A DNA stretch of 64,000 nt, taken from contig JAYWIR010000033.1 of the NCBI GenBank assembly GCA_036172245.1, positions 868,001 to 932,000 of the forward strand, in the 5' to 3' direction. Shown here piece after piece: positions 15,700 to 34,303 of the stretch. Within the stretch, counting starts at the first letter, position 1; each line of letters starts with the position of its first letter. Origin of the DNA: Raillietiella orientalis (lineage: Eukaryota). The position numbers and the translations under genes were made by a program. The notes under the pieces are model-generated. The model saw only the letters and a list, made by a program, of their open reading frames with translations, was not told the DNA's origin and did not search any database.

Positions 15700-17300
15700 T
15701 AAAAAAAAAAAAGTTCCGTTGCAGCTTAACGAGATTTTTTCTCATCCAGCAAGCTGCATTTCTTCTGTATGCATTTCTAAATTTTAATAAATTCTCGAAT
15801 TTCATGATCCATAATTTTCTTAAAGGAATACAGGTTTCATAAATTTGATATCTTCAATCATCCAAAATGCACCGAGTCTTTTCTAATCAAAGTTTACTTC
15901 TTTCAATCTGTAACTTACTTGAAGTAGCACATATCACCGAACGTAATTAAGAACAGTTATAAATGAGACAAATCCATTTCATGAAGCAACATTTTTCGGT
16001 TTCAAAAAAGTTTCCAAAGTTTGTTGAAAGTGTCACACTTTTCATTAATTCTGTAATTCCATTCGTATATTTCCCTCATTAGTTTTACGACTTTGGTCGT
16101 AAGGAAGCACTTTTTTTGAAACTTCAAAGCAAAGCAATTCTTTTTTCTAATCATGACTTAAATTTTGTTTTAGTTTATACTTTTGATTTGTCTTTTGTTT
16201 TCAGTTTGCAATTCATTTAAAAAGTCCTTTACTATTCAATAGTGTGAATTCCAAGATACGTTCTTCACAGTCGTTTGCATCATTTCATATCTCTAATATC
16301 GACGCTTCTAAATTGTCCCTGATCTTACCATTAAGCGACGAAATTTTGGGACATACTTCAACGAAGAGTAATTATAGATTAATAGCAAAATACAAGATAA
16401 CAGAACTGTATAAATTCTACGTAATTGCTAAGATAATATCTCTCAAAAACTTCGTCCCCGTGTGAAACCCTACTACAAAAGAACATGAACTGCTGTGAAT
16501 ATGTATAAAGAAATGAAATCACTAAAATTTCAAAAGTTTAACTTCTCAAGAAAACCATGAAAAATTTTCACGGTCACAAATTTCCTGAAGGATAGCAAGT
16601 ATCAGAAGTTTCTCGTGCATTGAAGTGTACTGAGATAATTTCATTTGTACATAAATCGCTGGAGGAATGCCTCAGCTACACAAATAAATGTTATCTGGCT
16701 TCAAATACTGGGGATTCTTCTACTACAAATCTTAGGATAGTATGTTCCAAACGTTTATTGAGAAAGGACAACATTTAATTCTTAATTTCCAAAATCGTTC
16801 TAAGCACATACAGATGAAAACGAAAACCCTACACAGATAAGTTGTCAATGTTATGGGAAAATGAGACTGCAAGTCTCTTTTCTCATTTGAATTAGAAACT
16901 ACTTGGTCACTCTTGTGTTAAGGCAAACGAATTGATATTTCCTAACAAAAGAAGGTTTACGTTAGATTAAGAAAATTAATGTAGGTGAAAGTTTTGAAGC
17001 AGATTAAACAACTTCTTTTCAGTATTCAAAACTTTCTTGTACATTATTCGAAAATTTTAGCTTGAAAAAAAGCGAAAGGAAATTGAAGTTAAGGATCGGA
17101 TGATATACATTTACACGTTTCAGATATCCTTCAGCAAAAGCTATTGCTGAAATGGGTTTTTGTTCACATAAATAACCGAATCCTCATAAATATGCATGGC
17201 ATTTTTTTTTAAAAAAACGGACTTTTGCTCAAAATTATGATTTGATCTTTTGTGTTAAAACAGTTCTACCCAAGAACACCATTATGATCATACATGAATC
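15700..17300. mobile_element. Mosaic of heavily decayed Tc1/mariner-like fragments
   Basis: Broken translations only vaguely resemble transposase segments (PIEN-like LENY near 15830 on -, HTH-like stretch near 16530-16700 on +). Many stops, boundaries uncertain. Confidence 0.25.
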
Positions 17301-18466
17301 TGACTTATATATCTCTTGGGTTATTGAAATCCTGCTAGATTAAAAGTACTAGCTATCACAATCCTTAGTTTGAAACCCCTTTCGTATTAGGACTAAATCA
17401 TGAAAGATGAAAAAGCATACTTTTTGTTCCCAAGTATTGAATAACTTGTAATACTTGTATCTCTATTTCACCTATTTTATTTATGTCAAGCAGTTATTAA
17501 ATCATCTTTTTTTTTTAGGTATGAAAATCAAAGGCTTATTAAAAGTCACACTTAATACTTAGAAATAGTAATTCTGAAAGTACATGAGCATTTTTCCAGT
17601 CATACTGAAAAAAGCTATTTCTTCTTATCATGATTTCTTGCTTGAAGTTTCTCTTATTTTTATGAAAATATTCGTAATGAATTGATTCTTATGGTTTTCA
17701 AGATTTAAAAGGTTTTTTATCAGTTTATGATTATTTGTAATTGAAAATATATGCTTAGCAAATTTGCTGGTCATAATTCCAAGAAATGATAAAGGACGGT
17801 TCCATGAAACAAATATATCACTGAAAATGTGGAAGTGATTATAATTTTCCCTTTGGAATATCGACAATTATAATAGTAATTACAAATTTATTTATATTGA
17901 TCCTTTGTAAAAGCGCTTTAGAAAAGACTTTGAATTTTGAAACCATAAGTTGTTGTTTATGGGATTTCGTTTCTTATTTTCAATTTTCCTTTTTTTTATA
18001 TATTTTTCTTTAAAATCAGTTTAGGAAGCCAAACCTTATTGATTAAGTAAGTTAGCACCCGAACAATAAAGTTCTTGGTGCATCCATGATCAATTATTAT
18101 GTATACGAAGGGAAGCAAATTGCGGTTCTGTTTGACATTTCAAAACTCTTGGTAATAATCTTCTGTTTGGCATGCTGTCAGTCTACAACATTTTAATTTA
18201 ATTTGTTACGGCACAAACTAGTTTCTAAACTCCTAGAGAGCTAGAAATGTGGCAGGACAATTTTTTTATTATTTCGCTTTAAGTTCAGTTATCTTCTAAA
18301 TCAGGAACTGTTTACTGTATGGATACATTTGTGACTCGAGATTGATTTGACTGTTAAGTGGACAGTTGTAACTGAAGCTTAGTCTCTTAAATGAACAATT
18401 TTAAATCATAATTAGTATAATTTTGTTATTGTAATTGAAAATTCAAATCATAAGGTTTGTTGGAAA

Positions 18467-24189
<5,723 letters not shown>

Positions 24190-24206
24190 TATAAAAACAT
24201 ACAGAA

Positions 24207-24221
24207 AATAAATGCTTTATT
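24207..24221. terminator. Back-to-back poly(A) signals shared by UBC9 (+) and TAF5 (-)
   Basis: AATAAA-tgc-TTTATT in the 44-bp gap between the two stop codons. Confidence 0.75.
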
Positions 24222-24233
24222 TTTTTTTCTGGG

Positions 24234-26701
24234 TTATCCTTGAAAAGGACCTGCTGCAAGCATCAAATTGCGTCTTGTAAAATGTAGTTCTAATACAGGA
24301 CTACGTTTTGTGTAAAAAGTTTTCAGGAGAATTTCGTCATTGCTCCTGTGTGGATCTAGAGGATGAGATGCTTGTGAATCTTCTGTATTCAAATGTCCAA
24401 TTAAATGAGCAAAGTCCCATAATCGTATGCTGCAATCCAATCCTCCAGAAGCCAGAAGATTACCATCTCTGCTAAAAGCTAATGTCAGCACATTCTGAGT
24501 GTGACCAGTCAACTGAGCTAACAAATTTCCATCTGCTAAATCCCACACTAGTATCTGGCAATCAACACCTCCAGATACAAGCAAACGACCACAAATTGAA
24601 AAGGCCAGACTGTGAACAGCGCCCTGAAATGTGTATAGTTTGTCATTCTTCACAGCACAGATACCTTGTGTCCTGTCAGTAATCGAACACATTGGCCTGT
24701 AGTACAATCCCATACACGAATAGTACGGTCACTTGAACCTGTTGCTAAGTAATTTGAATTAGGATGGAATTGCACAGTCTAAAACTTCGATGATCATTAT
24801 TTGCTCTCAGCAACTCACATCTACATCTGCTATATGACCAGCGAAAATACGTAAAGGTTGTTGATTATCTGTTGCCCACAGCCTTGCTGTACGATCATGG
24901 CTACATGTGGCAAAATAATATCCATGTGGTGAAAAAGCTACTTTCCATACTGGGTAGATGTGTCCTTTATAAGCTACCAGACAAGCCCACATCAGGAGAC
25001 TCCATAATCGAACTTCAAGAACATCAATGCATTATACCAATTTCTACTTACTGCTGCCATCTTCTGAGCAGGATAATAACATAGTGCGATCTGGACTGAA
25101 TGATACAGAATAAACAGGTCCAGAATGGCCAAATAAATTCTTGCTGTTTTCTGCTGTCTTCTCATCCAGCATTCTAACCAGAACATCCTCTAAAAGATTT
25201 GGTTATTCAACTTGATTAATGTCCTTCAAACCTGCTTCTTTGTCGATGTCATTTAATTCTTCAGCAGATTTCATACATTTTAAACTTTGAGGTACAAGTG
25301 ACCAAACCTTGATACGGGAATTAGCAAATCCTGCTGCTATCATACCTGAATCTTCAGTGATAGAAACTGCTGACACTCTTAACAAAAAGTGATTTAAGAA
25401 GACAAACACATCTTACATGTCACCAGCATTGAGAAATGTATAAAAACAAATAGAAGGCAGGCAACCAGCATTCAAATTTACTCTTTTCATTGATTCCCTG
25501 AGAGCTCTTATTTTTTCCAGTTTGTCGACATCTCTCCTGAATTATCAACAATTAATTGTTAACAAACACAAACTACTAACAAATCTGGTAAGGGAAGGCG
25601 ATGTATAGGTGGTGCATTTGGGTCACTTTTGGACTTTTTTGATACCAAAGAATCTTTTTTGGATTTTTTTTTTTTAGGTTTATCAGATTCAGCTTCAAGC
25701 TGATCATCTTCTTCATCCATAGGAACTTGAATATCTGGTTCCCTCAGGAGTCCATAGAAGATTTTGCACTTATTTGCTACAAAAATTCAGCAGGACTTTT
25801 CAAATGAAACTAGGCAAAACGTACCATGCCTTTCTGCTTCTCCAATAAGTGCACCTACTGTCATATCTATTTGTCCCTTGTTTCTTGGTAACCCTTCATA
25901 AACATCCAGACAAATATGTTCATGGACAATACTTTGAAGACTTTTTCTTTCTTCAAGATATTTTTTTAATATGCTATACGTATCCCTAGATATTTGTAGA
26001 GTGAACTGACAAGAACTGAAGAAACAAAAAAAATTGGATAAAAAGGCTCTTTGAAATTTCAGAGCTTGCACAGCATAAACAATTACCGTATTTCATTGAT
26101 CAAATCATTTCCTTTTAAATCAACAGCTTTTGTAACACATGCAAGTTTTGCAATATCATCTTCATAGAAGGGTTCCTGGTCTTTACCATACTCGAGAGCA
26201 AATTCTTTAGCTTCAGATTCATGACCATTATAAACCAATTCAAGATACATGTGAATAAATAATGGGTAAAGTAACATCCCTAATTCATGCTACATTGAAA
26301 TAGATGGTCAAGAAATCTGTTTTTTTCCCTAAATACCTTATATAGGTCTAAGCTTTTCTCGACAAAACACTGATACTGCTTATAAATTTCAGCATATAAC
26401 TTAGGATTGCTTTCATTTCGATAAGCTGACCAGGAACCAGCAATTTCATTGGTGTCAGCATCAGAGACTACTTGATCAAAAAAGTTCGCTTCTTTACGAA
26501 GTACTGTTTCAGCTTCCTGAAAGTAACACCTACGTATAAAAACTGCTGTGCAAAATTATTACACAAGTTTCTGGCCAATGCATGCATGCACTTCATACAC
26601 ACAGTTTCCTAGATAACATGAAAGAAAAAGCAACTCACCTGAAGGTTATGCTTCTTCAAATATGTCAAAATGGCAATTAAGGTGCTTTTTTCGTTTTCCA
26701 T
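24234..26701 (-). CDS. TAF5: TFIID subunit TAF5 (LisH, NTD2, WD40 repeats), multi-exon
   Basis: Start MENEKSTLIAILTYLKKHNLQ|gtgag. NTD2 LLYPLFIHMYLELVYNGH, DPNAPP, WD40 repeats (YKGHIYPVW, DRTARLW, PLRIFAGH), C-terminus FYTKRSPVLELHFTRRNLMLAAG. Most introns are 39-49 nt. Confidence 0.95.
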
Positions 26702-27782
26702 TCTACATACTCTGCTGCGAACTTACATTTATAACAACCATATGAAGGATAAAGTCTTATTCCATTTTGTGGGCTTTCAGATACTCATTACAACATATTG
26801 TATCAAAAACACAAATGAGTTCTCGTCCACATTATTGATATTCTCATAGAAACACACACGTTTGAATACTTGTATGTACAGATGAAAAAATACTACTTAT
26901 AAACAAGTTAGTACCCATTACAAACATATTCAAGAAACCAAACAACAAGATTACCAGTTCTTTTTGAGTGTCGAGTAGCAATATGATATGCATCAAAATT
27001 AGTACACATTCAAAAATCAATTCGGTTTGCACCTTTCTGCACCCAAATCTTTTCCAAACATGAACTCTTGATTCTACAAATTGTAATTTGAATAAAGTTC
27101 TCTTTAAACAATTATCACTTAATATTCTAATTACCTTTCACAAACAATTAAAAATTCGGTCAAACCAGAAGGCATAAATTACTCGATTTCTTTACACACT
27201 TTCATACTTTATGCCAAAAAAAAACTTTTTCCATACCTACAACAATCTTTTTAAAAGTTTTTTAAATTTAATCCTCTTTAATAAAATGGAGCCTGGCCCT
27301 CCGCTTTTTACTCATTTAATCTATGTCTGTAATAAATAAACTACTGGAGATGAGATCCTACATCATCAAAACCTAATAAAACCCCTAAAAATCTGTGCTC
27401 GAAATGAATGTTTTCAAGAATTCGCGATGAAATAAGATATACTACAATCCCAATAAAATGAACCAAGCATGTTTTCTTCAACACCATAAAAGGAAAGCAA
27501 CGATTTTCTTTTTGACAGACTCGTCAATTAAAAGCACTCTAAAACCAGTCCATAAATACGATCAACCAATTCTTATGAATTACTTCATTGCTTGGAATTT
27601 TACACAACAAAAAATTGGTTTAAAATATATATCAAGTTTTTTGGCGAAATCTTTCAAGAAACCAATCAAATAGATCTTAAAAAACACACCACCACCAGTT
27701 TCTTTTTTTAGAAAGGTAAATCAAGATCCTTCGAGGACTCTTTTGCGGACAAAGAGTTGTGCCCATAAAGCACCTTACCACC

Positions 27783-28244
27783 ATGAAGGTCTTTTTGGCA
27801 TTCCTTGTGCTGAGCATCCTCATCAGGAGGACCTCTTCCCTTCATCCTGTTGATGAGGAGTTACAGGTTTCTTCTGCAAGGGAAATTTTGACAGTGCTCC
27901 TGTAGAAAGAAGCTGAAATGCGAGGCTGAGACTGGGTGGCCAGCATGGACCATCAGTTGCACCCTCCGAAAGATCCAGGAAGCTGGCAGGAGAACGTCCC
28001 AGACAAGACGCCGGGGGCAAAGTGATCGTATGCAGCGAACAGTCCATCCCGCTCGTCCCCTGACCCCTTTTCCCCTCCATACGGGAAACAAACCTTTTCC
28101 AGGTGGAGAAGACACCCGACGAGTAAGGTGTGCAGAGCTCAACTCTTCTGCGTCGCGGCACGCGGGTCGCAGCTGCGACCTCCGTGGACCGAACGCTCTT
28201 TCGCGTGCCGCGTGCTCTATCAGAGGTACCAATTGACTTTGTAA
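27783..28244 (+). CDS. Putative small secreted Cys-containing protein; exon structure after exon 1 ambiguous
   Basis: accaccATG context, signal-peptide-like MKVFLAFLVLSILIRRTSS, donor CAG|GTTTCT after 27866, strong acceptor ccttttccAG at 28102, AATAAA at 28355-28360, roughly 60% GC by eye. Confidence 0.5.
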
Positions 28245-28379
28245 AGGGCTGATTAAAGTTGCTATTGTAATTGTTTATTTGCACCACATTAAATGAAATA
28301 ATTTCATTTCTCCCAAACATATGTTATTTATTTTAAAATTATTATTGTAATTCCAATAAAATCAACAATTCATTTGGGC

Positions 28380-28640
28380 ATGGTACAATATAATAAATTA
28401 CATACGACGCAACTATAATATTATGGTATTATTCTCGGCTTCTCAGAGAGACCTGACCCTGAAAAATTGAGAACAGTTAGCCGATATAAACAGAATTTTG
28501 CTTACTGTTGTTGCCAAGGGAATCACAAGAACGTAAGTTTCCATCTCAAACATCGACAATGTCAACTCGGGTCGCGGGGATAAGGTAAAAAAAAACATTT
28601 GCCAAACGCATAGATGCGTCCGCAGCACTCAAAGGGTTAA
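28380..28640. mobile_element. piggyBac-like non-autonomous element end (one terminus only)
   Basis: Ends in gcagcactcaaagggTTAA, the reverse complement of TTAACCCTTTGAGTGC, typical of piggyBac-type termini with a TTAA target. No matching second end seen; left boundary is a guess. Confidence 0.5.
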
Positions 28641-28825
28641 GAGTGACGTCAGTGTTCTCTGTGGGCTGAATTGCTTTTGATCGTTCGATCAACCCACCCC
28701 ACCGCACGATGGACTGGGGAGATACAAGAAGTAAGAGAATACTGCTCCTTTCAAGATGTTCCCCTCAAAGTACCTTTCATCAAAAAATATGCCATAGGGC
28801 ATCTGCCATCAAAGGTTATAAATGC

Positions 28826-29600
28826 GTACTCAGTGCAGTCCAAAAGTATGAAAATTAAAAAAAAAAAAAGAAGAAAGAAACGGAATAACTTCTGTTTACA
28901 TACATTCAGAATAGAATCCACCTGGCTCTGTGCGCTGCTGAGCTCGGGATTCTGACTTCTGCATGGAGCTGGAGCACTCCCTATCAGGGACCTCCTTCGA
29001 AGGCTCCGTCACGGCCTATCTGAATGTCATCGATGGTACCCAGTCGGACCCCTTTCCCGCTTCAAGTTGATTTCGGGCAATAGGAAGTGGACGAGAGGAG
29101 AGCTCTTGTCCGTCTTGATCGTGTCCAGCAAATCCCGGCGCGCAGCAACTCGCGTGTCCCTTTGCTCTCGAGGCAGGGAATGAGGGACGAATCGTGCGCG
29201 CAGCTGTCGCTCCTTTAAATCTTTGCGACAGTTTTCGGTACTCCGAGAGCTTGGAATATCATTCCAGAGGTCAGCCGTCGGTCCTCTTAGTGAAGTTCTG
29301 CAGCAGCGTGGACGGCGTTATTGGTTCTTGTTGTTGCTATGCGATACGGCTGCGTTCGTCGTCTTACGCCGAACGTCTTCCGTCTCAAAATCGGGCGTGC
29401 CACCGAAAGATGTTTAGACGATCCGTGACTTTCCTCCCGTTAAGCTTTCTGAACCGGTGGCGCTGTGTCTGAAGCCGATGAAGCAGCTTTAAAACAAAAA
29501 TTCATTGAGATACGTCGATCTTTCTTCGCGTCCATCCTGCGATGGTGACAGAGGTCAAAAAACACTAGTTCCAGGAAGCATCTTCTCTTGATAAGTAAAG
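28826..29600 (-). mobile_element. Internally deleted, decayed mariner element (pseudo-transposase 29535 to 28896)
   Basis: Minus strand reads MDAKKDRRISMNFCFK..SASDT, IFRWHARF*DGRRSA*DDERS, DLKERQLRARFVPHSLPREQRDTRV (WVPHEL-type motif), then jumps near 29100 to FLLPEI..TIDDIQ.AVT..GGFYSE. About 640 bp, catalytic core missing. TIR-like tactcagtgcagtccaaaagtatg near 28827. Confidence 0.85.
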
Positions 29601-29708
29601 AATAGTCACGCTGCTTCACATACTATGTAAGGAAGATCTATAGTACATAGTCCTGGTGTGTGCCGGTGCATGGCGTGACCAATGGGGCTGTAAAAACATT
29701 CAGTTCTT

Positions 29709-29804
29709 GAACTTATGAAGCACACTGTTATTGTTCGGAAACAATTACAGTGTGCTTCAAAAGTTCCAGCTGTTCCTGTTCGGAGACAGGAACAGCTGGA
29801 ACTT
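29709..29804. repeat. Two chained inverted repeats
   Basis: 27-bp arms with 2 mismatches (29709-29766) and 19-bp perfect arms (29761-29804), sharing aagttc; both loop regions read ttcgga. Confidence 0.9.
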
Positions 29805-30249
29805 CCATTTGTAGTGATGATCTTTCTGAAAAAATTACAGTCTCACTAAAAAGGCTATAGGAGCCTATCCAGAAAGAGGACATAAAGACTAAGACACATG
29901 TGTGTTAAAGTGCGTGTAAAAGTATATAAAGCCCTTTAATGCTTACGATGAATCGTATGGTTCTCCACCGAAACTTTGGTATCTTCAAGTAGGCAAACCT
30001 TGTGAATGTTCCTTTAAAACTTTGTCTTTGAAGTTCTATTAACTTGCTTGCACTATATACTGTGCAAATGACTGCTTCAAAGAACGCTTAATCTGTAATC
30101 ATTGGAATCATTTCACCGGAGTCCCAAAAATCTTTAATTGTATTTCAGTAATTGAGCTTAAATATACGGGCATTAAATGTGCATTCGGCTGTTCAGTGTA
30201 ATAATTTTAATCTAGAGATGCTTTTCAAAAATATCGAGAGAATCTGTAT

Positions 30250-30700
30250 CGAAATCGTGACTATTTTTGTCAACCTTCTTTTGCTTAAAAACGATGTTGA
30301 ATCCTTTGGATTCTATACTATATATTGAAGTAGATTCAAAGTAATCGATGAAGTTGGGTCTTCAAGAAAGTCGTTTTTAAAACATTATGCTTCTTTTTTG
30401 ATATTTTGGGGATGTATTATTGTTTTATTCTCTATTACGATGCTAAATTATGTCAAGCGGAGGTTTCGTACTAATTATAAATTTAGAGAAAACATACTTG
30501 ATAAACAAAGAACATCACGAGGACTGTTTTCTAAAACTCCTTATAGTTTTTCTAAATAATTCTACGTATTGTTTCAGAAATATATCTCACAGTACGAATC
30601 GAGCATTCTGTCGGTGAACTTCATTACTAAAGCTTTGATAACACTTGATGTCGATAAGTCAACAAAGATGATGTAAAATTTTGTCGTTTCATCGGAAAAT
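30250..30700 (-). mobile_element. Possible old mariner remnant
   Basis: Minus-strand fragments ISETIRRII and DYFE resemble the mariner HTH region and C-terminal GxYFE end; very degraded. Confidence 0.3.
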
Positions 30701-30751
30701 CAGCAAAAGTGCTCGTAGTTTGTTAAATTCTAGGCTCCTAAGCAGTTATCA

Positions 30752-31511
30752 ATGGGAAACTGCCTTAAAACTGGAGAAAGTGATGATGTAACATTGCTTA
30801 CAGGTAGCGAGAGTCAAAGAGATTCGGTGTTTAATGACCCTTTCATGGGAAGAACAATACCCGTTATAAACGAGCAGGTAGTTCTCATTAAATACAGTCG
30901 TTGTTATACTAATTAAAAATCTCTACAGTGTAATAACTTTTTGTATATGGTTGCAGTTTTCAGAGCTAACATTCCAAAAATGCTTAATCTATTACTTATT
31001 TATTCAGTTAGCATTAATGGGAATAAAAGGAACAGATATGAAAACATTGTAAACATCATAATTTGATTTTGCATTTCTGAAGGAGACACCTGTTTATTAT
31101 CCTTCGCCCAGTGTTAACAGATCTGTTTCTCAGCTGACAGAAGAAGAACAAGTAAAAATTGCTCAAAGAATTGGTATGATCCAGCATTTACCAACGGGTA
31201 GTTATGATGGCTGCAAAAAAATCAAGGAGTTAGTCTTTATTTTTATTTTACTGACAATAATGTTTTATTTTTGTTTGCACTAACTGTATCAACTAGTCAA
31301 ACACCAGAACTGTATATGATTGATTGAACTATTTTCTAGATGTGTCATATGCATGGGAGAATTTGTTTCTGGAGACCCTGTGCGATACTTACCCTGTATG
31401 CACACATACCACGTCAAATGCATAGATGACTGGTTAATGCGAAGTTTTACATGCCCATCATGCATGGAACCTGTGGATTCTGCTCTGCTTGTTACATATG
31501 AATCAAACTAG
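30752..31511 (+). CDS. RNF11: RING-H2 finger protein 11, 3 coding exons
   Basis: MGNCLK start (30752-30877), exon 31084-31229 with QLTEEEQVKIAQRIGMIQHLP, last exon CVICM..RYLPCMHTYHVKCIDDWLMRSFTCPSCMEPVD. Confidence 0.95.
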
Positions 31512-31698
31512 TAATCATGCTATTATAAAAGGTGGCCATTTGGAAGAAAGCAATACTTAAGAAAGTCTGACATCTGCAGTTGAAATGCTACGGAGCTTCC
31601 TGCTTTTTGTAGCACATGGCATTCAAGTCTTCATTTCATCATGAATGCAGTTCTGATTGGCAGTATTTTTATGTAGAGGATGGTTCAGAAATAACAAA

Positions 31699-31745
31699 AC
31701 ACACACACACACACACACATACACACACACACACACATACACACA
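31699..31745. repeat. Interrupted (CA)n microsatellite in the RNF11 3' region
   Basis: acacacacac... with two t interruptions. Confidence 0.95.
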
Positions 31746-31888
31746 AAACAGCAGTTTGAGTGAATGGAGTAAAGCATACATTAGCTTCCAATAAAACCAG
31801 TTTGTTTTCCACCTGTGATGAATTAATGTGTGCATTTGTGCATCCAGCTGATAGTAACAAGAAAATGTTTTAAAAATTATGTCAGACT

Positions 31889-34303
31889 TTATTCACATTC
31901 CATTATACAGTGTTTGGAATGCAGCAAGGAGTTCATTTCATGAAGACTTTCTATCATGGTACGTGCCTGCAATCAACATTTATATGATACTAGAGAACTT
32001 CCGATGTTTGTTTACTTACATAATTTGGTAAAGCAGTTGGGTTGGTTTGATGAAGACACTGTAAACAGGAGTGCAAATACTGCTGCCAGCCACATGGATT
32101 GCCATCTATCCAAGGACACCAGTGTCTGTGTTCCCCCAAAACATCTAGACGACTTAGGTAATCAGCTAATTTGCAATGCTTGAATGTCGAACTGATTAAA
32201 CCATCATGCTTCTCTTGGTTTTCATGTTGATAAGTATGCTTAATTATATTTTTGTCATGGTGATGCTCATAGAAGTTATCAGATGTGCATGATTCTGTGG
32301 ACCCCGTATTTGAACTTTCATGATTTTGGTTTGTTTCTCCAATAGGGGAGACTGAAGAATTGTGTTCCTTTTTGTCTTCATTAGTACTTTTTAAGTTATT
32401 GTCAAGTTCATTTAGTTCATTCGGCTGTAAAACTTCCATATTGTGAGGAGCCTTAGGAGTTGCATTTAATGTCTCAGTGAGTGATTCATTGTCTAATTGG
32501 GATTGTTCTGTGATAGCCTTATTTTTCTCAATAAATTGTTCTGTGATAAAAGATATGTCATTATTTTGTTCACTTGCACCCGTATCTACACCATCTTTGA
32601 CATTTCCAGACTGGTGCTTGCAATTCTTTTGGTTCACGTTACATCTTCCCAGTTCACCGTCATCTAAAGCTTTGAAATTACTATGCTAGGTCATGCTATA
32701 AAATCTGTATCAAACTTGCATATTTCATTCACAGAACTCACAAGAAATCTGTAAAAGTTTTTAGTGTTGTAAATTAGAGCTATATAGTCATGAATGCTTG
32801 CATTTACGTAGATGAATTCTTAATAATGACAAGAAATAAAATTTGGACATTGAAACTGCCATCTATAGCAATAACACACCAACACACATACACAGAAACC
32901 TTAGTGCACTTTTCTCAAAACTGTAAAAATGTGGCTTCATGTTGCCAACATGAAGTCACATTTGGTTTTTAAGCATGATCAAATACATTGTTTGTGCAGC
33001 ACATCCACACATATACTAAATGTAAATAAAGAATTTTAATACCTGTTGACTCTGGTTGTTCAGTAATATGGATTTCCAATGCTGATGGCTTTCCATCATC
33101 AAACTGCTCAATCAAATTTTCAGTATCTGAGTTTTGAGAGGAACATGCTTTATTTGAATCATGAATAGGGTTCTCATTTGTATCTTTTGTACACATGTGT
33201 TCATCTACAACCTCATTTCAAAGATTATGCCCTCAAACTTTGAGGCTTATTCTCTACTTACTAACAAAATATGAGATCGATCTTCCTCTTCAGGGGTAGA
33301 CAAACAATTTGCTGTTTCCATGTCTGATGTTGAAATTTTATCTTGAACAGCAACTACCTCTGTTTCTTTATCTTTTACTTTATCCAAGTTTTGGTTTCTG
33401 TCCTTTTCAGTGTATGCAGAAGAGTTTGTATCATTTAGTAGTTCAGAAGGAATGCTAAAACTGCCTAAATAAGCAGTCTGTGATGCAAGTTTTAAAACAG
33501 GATACTGCCAGACACCAACACAACGAAGGCATGCTGAACAACTCAATACCTCAGTTTTTTCAGTTGGCAACCAATTAAAGAGAGCTAACAAAAATATTGT
33601 GATGCTATTAGGATTGCTAATGGAATGACCATGCAATGCTAAAAGAGCCTGCACATCTTTCCAGTTAACCTGGAAAACAAAATTCAACGTCAAATAGCTA
33701 GAAAAATGCAAAGTTACTGAAACTGTAAGTGGCTTGCAGACTTGTGGTAACCAATGAGTATTTGCCATCAGCAATTTCATTCTCATTGCTAGATCTTCTT
33801 TTATAAACTTGGCATCAGGAATAGAAGCTTTAAGAAACACACTAGGGCTTGGATTTACAATCCATGGACAAAAGTGTTTGTGACCATCTTTGATCTTGTC
33901 CAAGAGATGCTGAACACATTCCTGATCTATCCATATGTCATCTTCAAGTATGAGAAAGCGACATACTTACAAACATTATAATCTCTTAAGGATGGCAAAT
34001 GCCCTGACACACGAGCTTCACAAGTAACACAACATAGCAAATCTTTAGCTTCACAGTACCATCCATACTGACTACATAACAGTGGATTGGCTGGTTTTGC
34101 AGCCCAGTGACTTGGAGTATAAGTTGCAAGTCTTTTAAGAAATGCTTGTTTACAATTTGATTGTGAAGTGACAGTTTCTTGTGTGCTAAAACGATTATGG
34201 TGAACAAGGGTATTGAAACAAAAATTATTTACATCTTAGGTGAAGCAATGAATGAATCTAAATATTCAGCAACTTTCTGCACTGATATTTCTGGAAGCGT
34301 CAT
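31889..34303 (-). CDS. ZC3HC1: ZC3HC1 / NIPA-like C3HC zinc-finger protein, multi-exon
   Basis: MTLPEISV.. then AFLKRLATY..HWAAKP..LLCSQYGW..CVTC..GHKHFCPW (zf-C3HC), LALFNW..CSACLRCVGVW (Rsm1-like), EHRHWCPW near the end; last exon ARTMIES..MECE*. Confidence 0.88.

Noticed and set aside
27906..28244. Selenoprotein, PTTH or CXC-chemokine identity for the orphan gene
   Set aside because: The in-frame TGA lacks a CxxU-type context and I see no SECIS; Cys spacing does not complete a cystine knot or chemokine pattern.
27823..28320. Minus-strand 165-aa and 123-aa ORFs
   Set aside because: Arg/Ser/Pro-rich reads expected from GC-rich DNA; start context, splice and poly(A) signals favour the plus strand.
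29194..29472. Plus-strand ORFs of 92 and 64 aa
   Set aside because: Antisense to the mariner pseudo-transposase.
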